Below are positions 62,473-64,000 of a DNA stretch of 64,000 bases, one piece after another. The DNA is from Escherichia phage AnYang: the sequence record MK234886. One strand, written 5' to 3'. Under the pieces are notes generated by a model. The model did not search any database. It had not been told where the DNA came from and saw only the letters and a list, made by a program, of their open reading frames with translations. The number at the start of each line of letters is the position of its first letter. Position 1 is the stretch's first letter. The translations under genes were made by a program, and so were the position numbers.

Positions 62473-63261
62473 ATGGCAATTGTAGGAATACCTGGTTGGA
62501 TTGGTGAATCTGCAGTGAATGAAACTGGACAACGCTGGATGGATGCTGCTATGCGTGATGTGCGAGTTGCAGTACCGGGTTGGATGGGTTCGATGGCTAA
62601 CCAATCAAAAGAAATTTACTTATCTATAGGGGCTAATAACTCTTATGACAGAAATACGCTAATTAATTGGATGAGAGCCCAAGGCGGTGCGCCTGTGGTT
62701 ATTACTATAACCGGGAATATAGTATCAAATAGCCGTGGAAACCCGTGTCTGGAATTCCCTAGCAACTTACCTAATGCTTATATACAACTTAATATTAATA
62801 GTGGTGTAACCGTTTATGGTCGAGGAGGTAATGGTTCTACTAATGGTACTGCAGGCCAAGCAGGCGGTACAGCAATCCATAACGCCGCTGGAACCAAATT
62901 GCGTATTCGAAACAATGGTGCTATCGCTGGCGGTGGCGGCGGTGGCGGTGCTGTATCGTTACAGAACAGCTATCCGACTAACGGTACCTGTGGCGGCGGT
63001 GGTGGTAGACCATTCGGCGTCGGTGGGAAAATAGGGTCTGATGCCATATTGTCCGGTGCAAACGCATCTCTAACTGCCGCTGGCTCAGGTGGTACCACGG
63101 TCCAATACGGTGCAGGTAACGGCGGTAATGTTGGTGCTGGCGGTGGACGAGGATGGGGCAAAAACGTTTATACCTCTGCAGGCGGTTCAGCTGGTGCAGC
63201 CGTTACAGGCAATGCTCCTTCTTGGCAGAACGTAGGAACCATCTACGGAAGCCGTGTGTAA
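62473..63261 (+). CDS. 38: gp38 receptor-binding adhesin of the T2 type, with glycine-rich motifs
   Basis: 262 aa; N-terminus MAIVGIPGWIGESAVNETGQRWM and C-terminus GTIYGSRV as in T2-type gp38; poly-Gly motifs (GGGGGGGA, CGGGGGRPFG) separating variable segments. Confidence 0.88.
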   Translation: MAIVGIPGWIGESAVNETGQRWMDAAMRDVRVAVPGWMGSMANQSKEIYLSIGANNSYDRNTLINWMRAQGGAPVVITITGNIVSNSRGNPCLEFPSNLPNAYIQLNINSGVTVYGRGGNGSTNGTAGQAGGTAIHNAAGTKLRIRNNGAIAGGGGGGGAVSLQNSYPTNGTCGGGGGRPFGVGGKIGSDAILSGANASLTAAGSGGTTVQYGAGNGGNVGAGGGRGWGKNVYTSAGGSAGAAVTGNAPSWQNVGTIYGSRV

Positions 63262-63272
63262 TACTTCTGTAT

Positions 63273-63280
63273 TATAAATA
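63273..63280 (+). promoter_or_regulatory. Late promoter box TATAAATA upstream of holin gene t
   Basis: Exact TATAAATA about 19 nt upstream of the ATG. Confidence 0.6.
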
Positions 63281-63298
63281 TCTTTAAAGGAGAAAAGT

Positions 63299-63952
63299 AT
63301 GGAACCAAAAGTAGGATTTTCATTATCAGACCTACTTTTTGGACTTCTTGATAGAATTTTTAAAGATACTTCTTCCGGGAAAGTAGTTTTTTCCCGGGTC
63401 CTAGTCGTGGTATTATTGTTCTTTATGGCACTGGTTTGGTATAAAGGCGAGTATATTCTAAACTTTTACAAAGAGACAACTTATGCCTCTTATACTGAAA
63501 TGATTAGACAAGACCAGGACAATAGATTTAAAATTGCGGCTATCGAGCAGCTCCGAATAGTGCATTCTTCTTCAGGCGCAGACTTCACAGCAATATATTC
63601 TTTTAGACCAACCAACATGAATTATTTTGTGGATATGGTGGCTTACGAGGGTAAATTACCGGAAACGGTAGACGCAAAAAACACGGGAGGGTTTCCAATT
63701 GACAAAACGTCAATAGAATATATGGCGGGAGTTAACGGGAACTATTTTGAATCAAGTACTGAAACTGTATTTCTTCCTACAAAGAAGAAAACACAATTCA
63801 CGTATATGTTTTCGTGCCCGTTTTTTAATTTGGATAACGTCTACGCCGGCTCGATATCGTTGTACTGGTATGATATCAAACCGGATTTAGGATTTCCTAG
63901 ACTTTCGTCTATGTGCGGTCAAGCCGGAAGGACATTAGGTCGAACACGTTAG
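63299..63952 (+). CDS. t: Holin T
   Basis: 217 aa; FGLLDRIFKD, transmembrane segment VLVVVLLFFMALVWY, FAIYSFRP, FVDMVAYEGKLP and YMFSCPFFNLDNVYAG match T4 holin T (218 aa). Confidence 0.93.
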   Translation: MEPKVGFSLSDLLFGLLDRIFKDTSSGKVVFSRVLVVVLLFFMALVWYKGEYILNFYKETTYASYTEMIRQDQDNRFKIAAIEQLRIVHSSSGADFTAIYSFRPTNMNYFVDMVAYEGKLPETVDAKNTGGFPIDKTSIEYMAGVNGNYFESSTETVFLPTKKKTQFTYMFSCPFFNLDNVYAGSISLYWYDIKPDLGFPRLSSMCGQAGRTLGRTR

Positions 63953-64000
63953 AAATTGGAGGTATACATCATTAAATAACGGTGTATATCTTCATACCCT

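Noticed and set aside
62970-63161. Pro-rich 63-aa minus-strand ORF
   Set aside because: Reverse complement of the glycine-rich (GGN) stretch of gp38; CCN codons give prolines by necessity.
62900-63180. Glycine-codon repeats considered as a possible tandem repeat or CRISPR-like array
   Set aside because: The repeats are in frame within gp38 and encode the glycine-rich motifs of T2-type adhesins; there are no spacer-repeat units.

Overview
This window is a segment of a T4-like (T-even, Tevenvirinae-type) myovirus genome, in T4 gene order. All identifications rest on recalled similarity of the supplied six-frame translations to T4 proteins and on motifs read from the sequence; no database search was run. 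Layout: (1) plus-strand late structural genes, terminase large subunit (3' part) through gp18, gp19, gp20, gp67, gp68, gp21, gp22, gp23 and gp24, each behind a TATAAATA late-promoter box; (2) minus-strand rnlB, hoc and inh, then uvsW/uvsW.1 (plus) and uvsY/gp25/gp26 (minus); (3) plus-strand baseplate hub genes 51, 27, 28, 29, 48, 54; (4) a minus-strand early/middle block: three tandem Alt ADP-ribosyltransferase paralogs, DNA ligase, a run of small accessory ORFs including a HAD-like and a NADAR-like protein, rIII, gp31, cd, more small ORFs, pseT, a spanin pair, alc, rnlA, denA, nrdB, nrdA, td, frd, gp32, a GIY-YIG homing endonuclease, gp59, a second GIY-YIG endonuclease, gp33, dsbA, rnh; (5) plus-strand long-tail-fibre module gp34-gp37, a T2-type glycine-rich gp38 adhesin, and holin t. 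No tRNA, rRNA or CRISPR array was recognised. Most worth a second look: the triplicated alt array with a neighbouring NADAR/HAD pair (a possible ADP-ribosylation module), a small basic protein with a long structured leader and its own promoter and terminator, the two homing endonucleases flanking gene 59, and the receptor-recognition module (gp37 C-terminal chaperone-like domain plus gp38). Hand-derived coordinates for motifs and for ORFs under 60 aa are approximate (a few nt).
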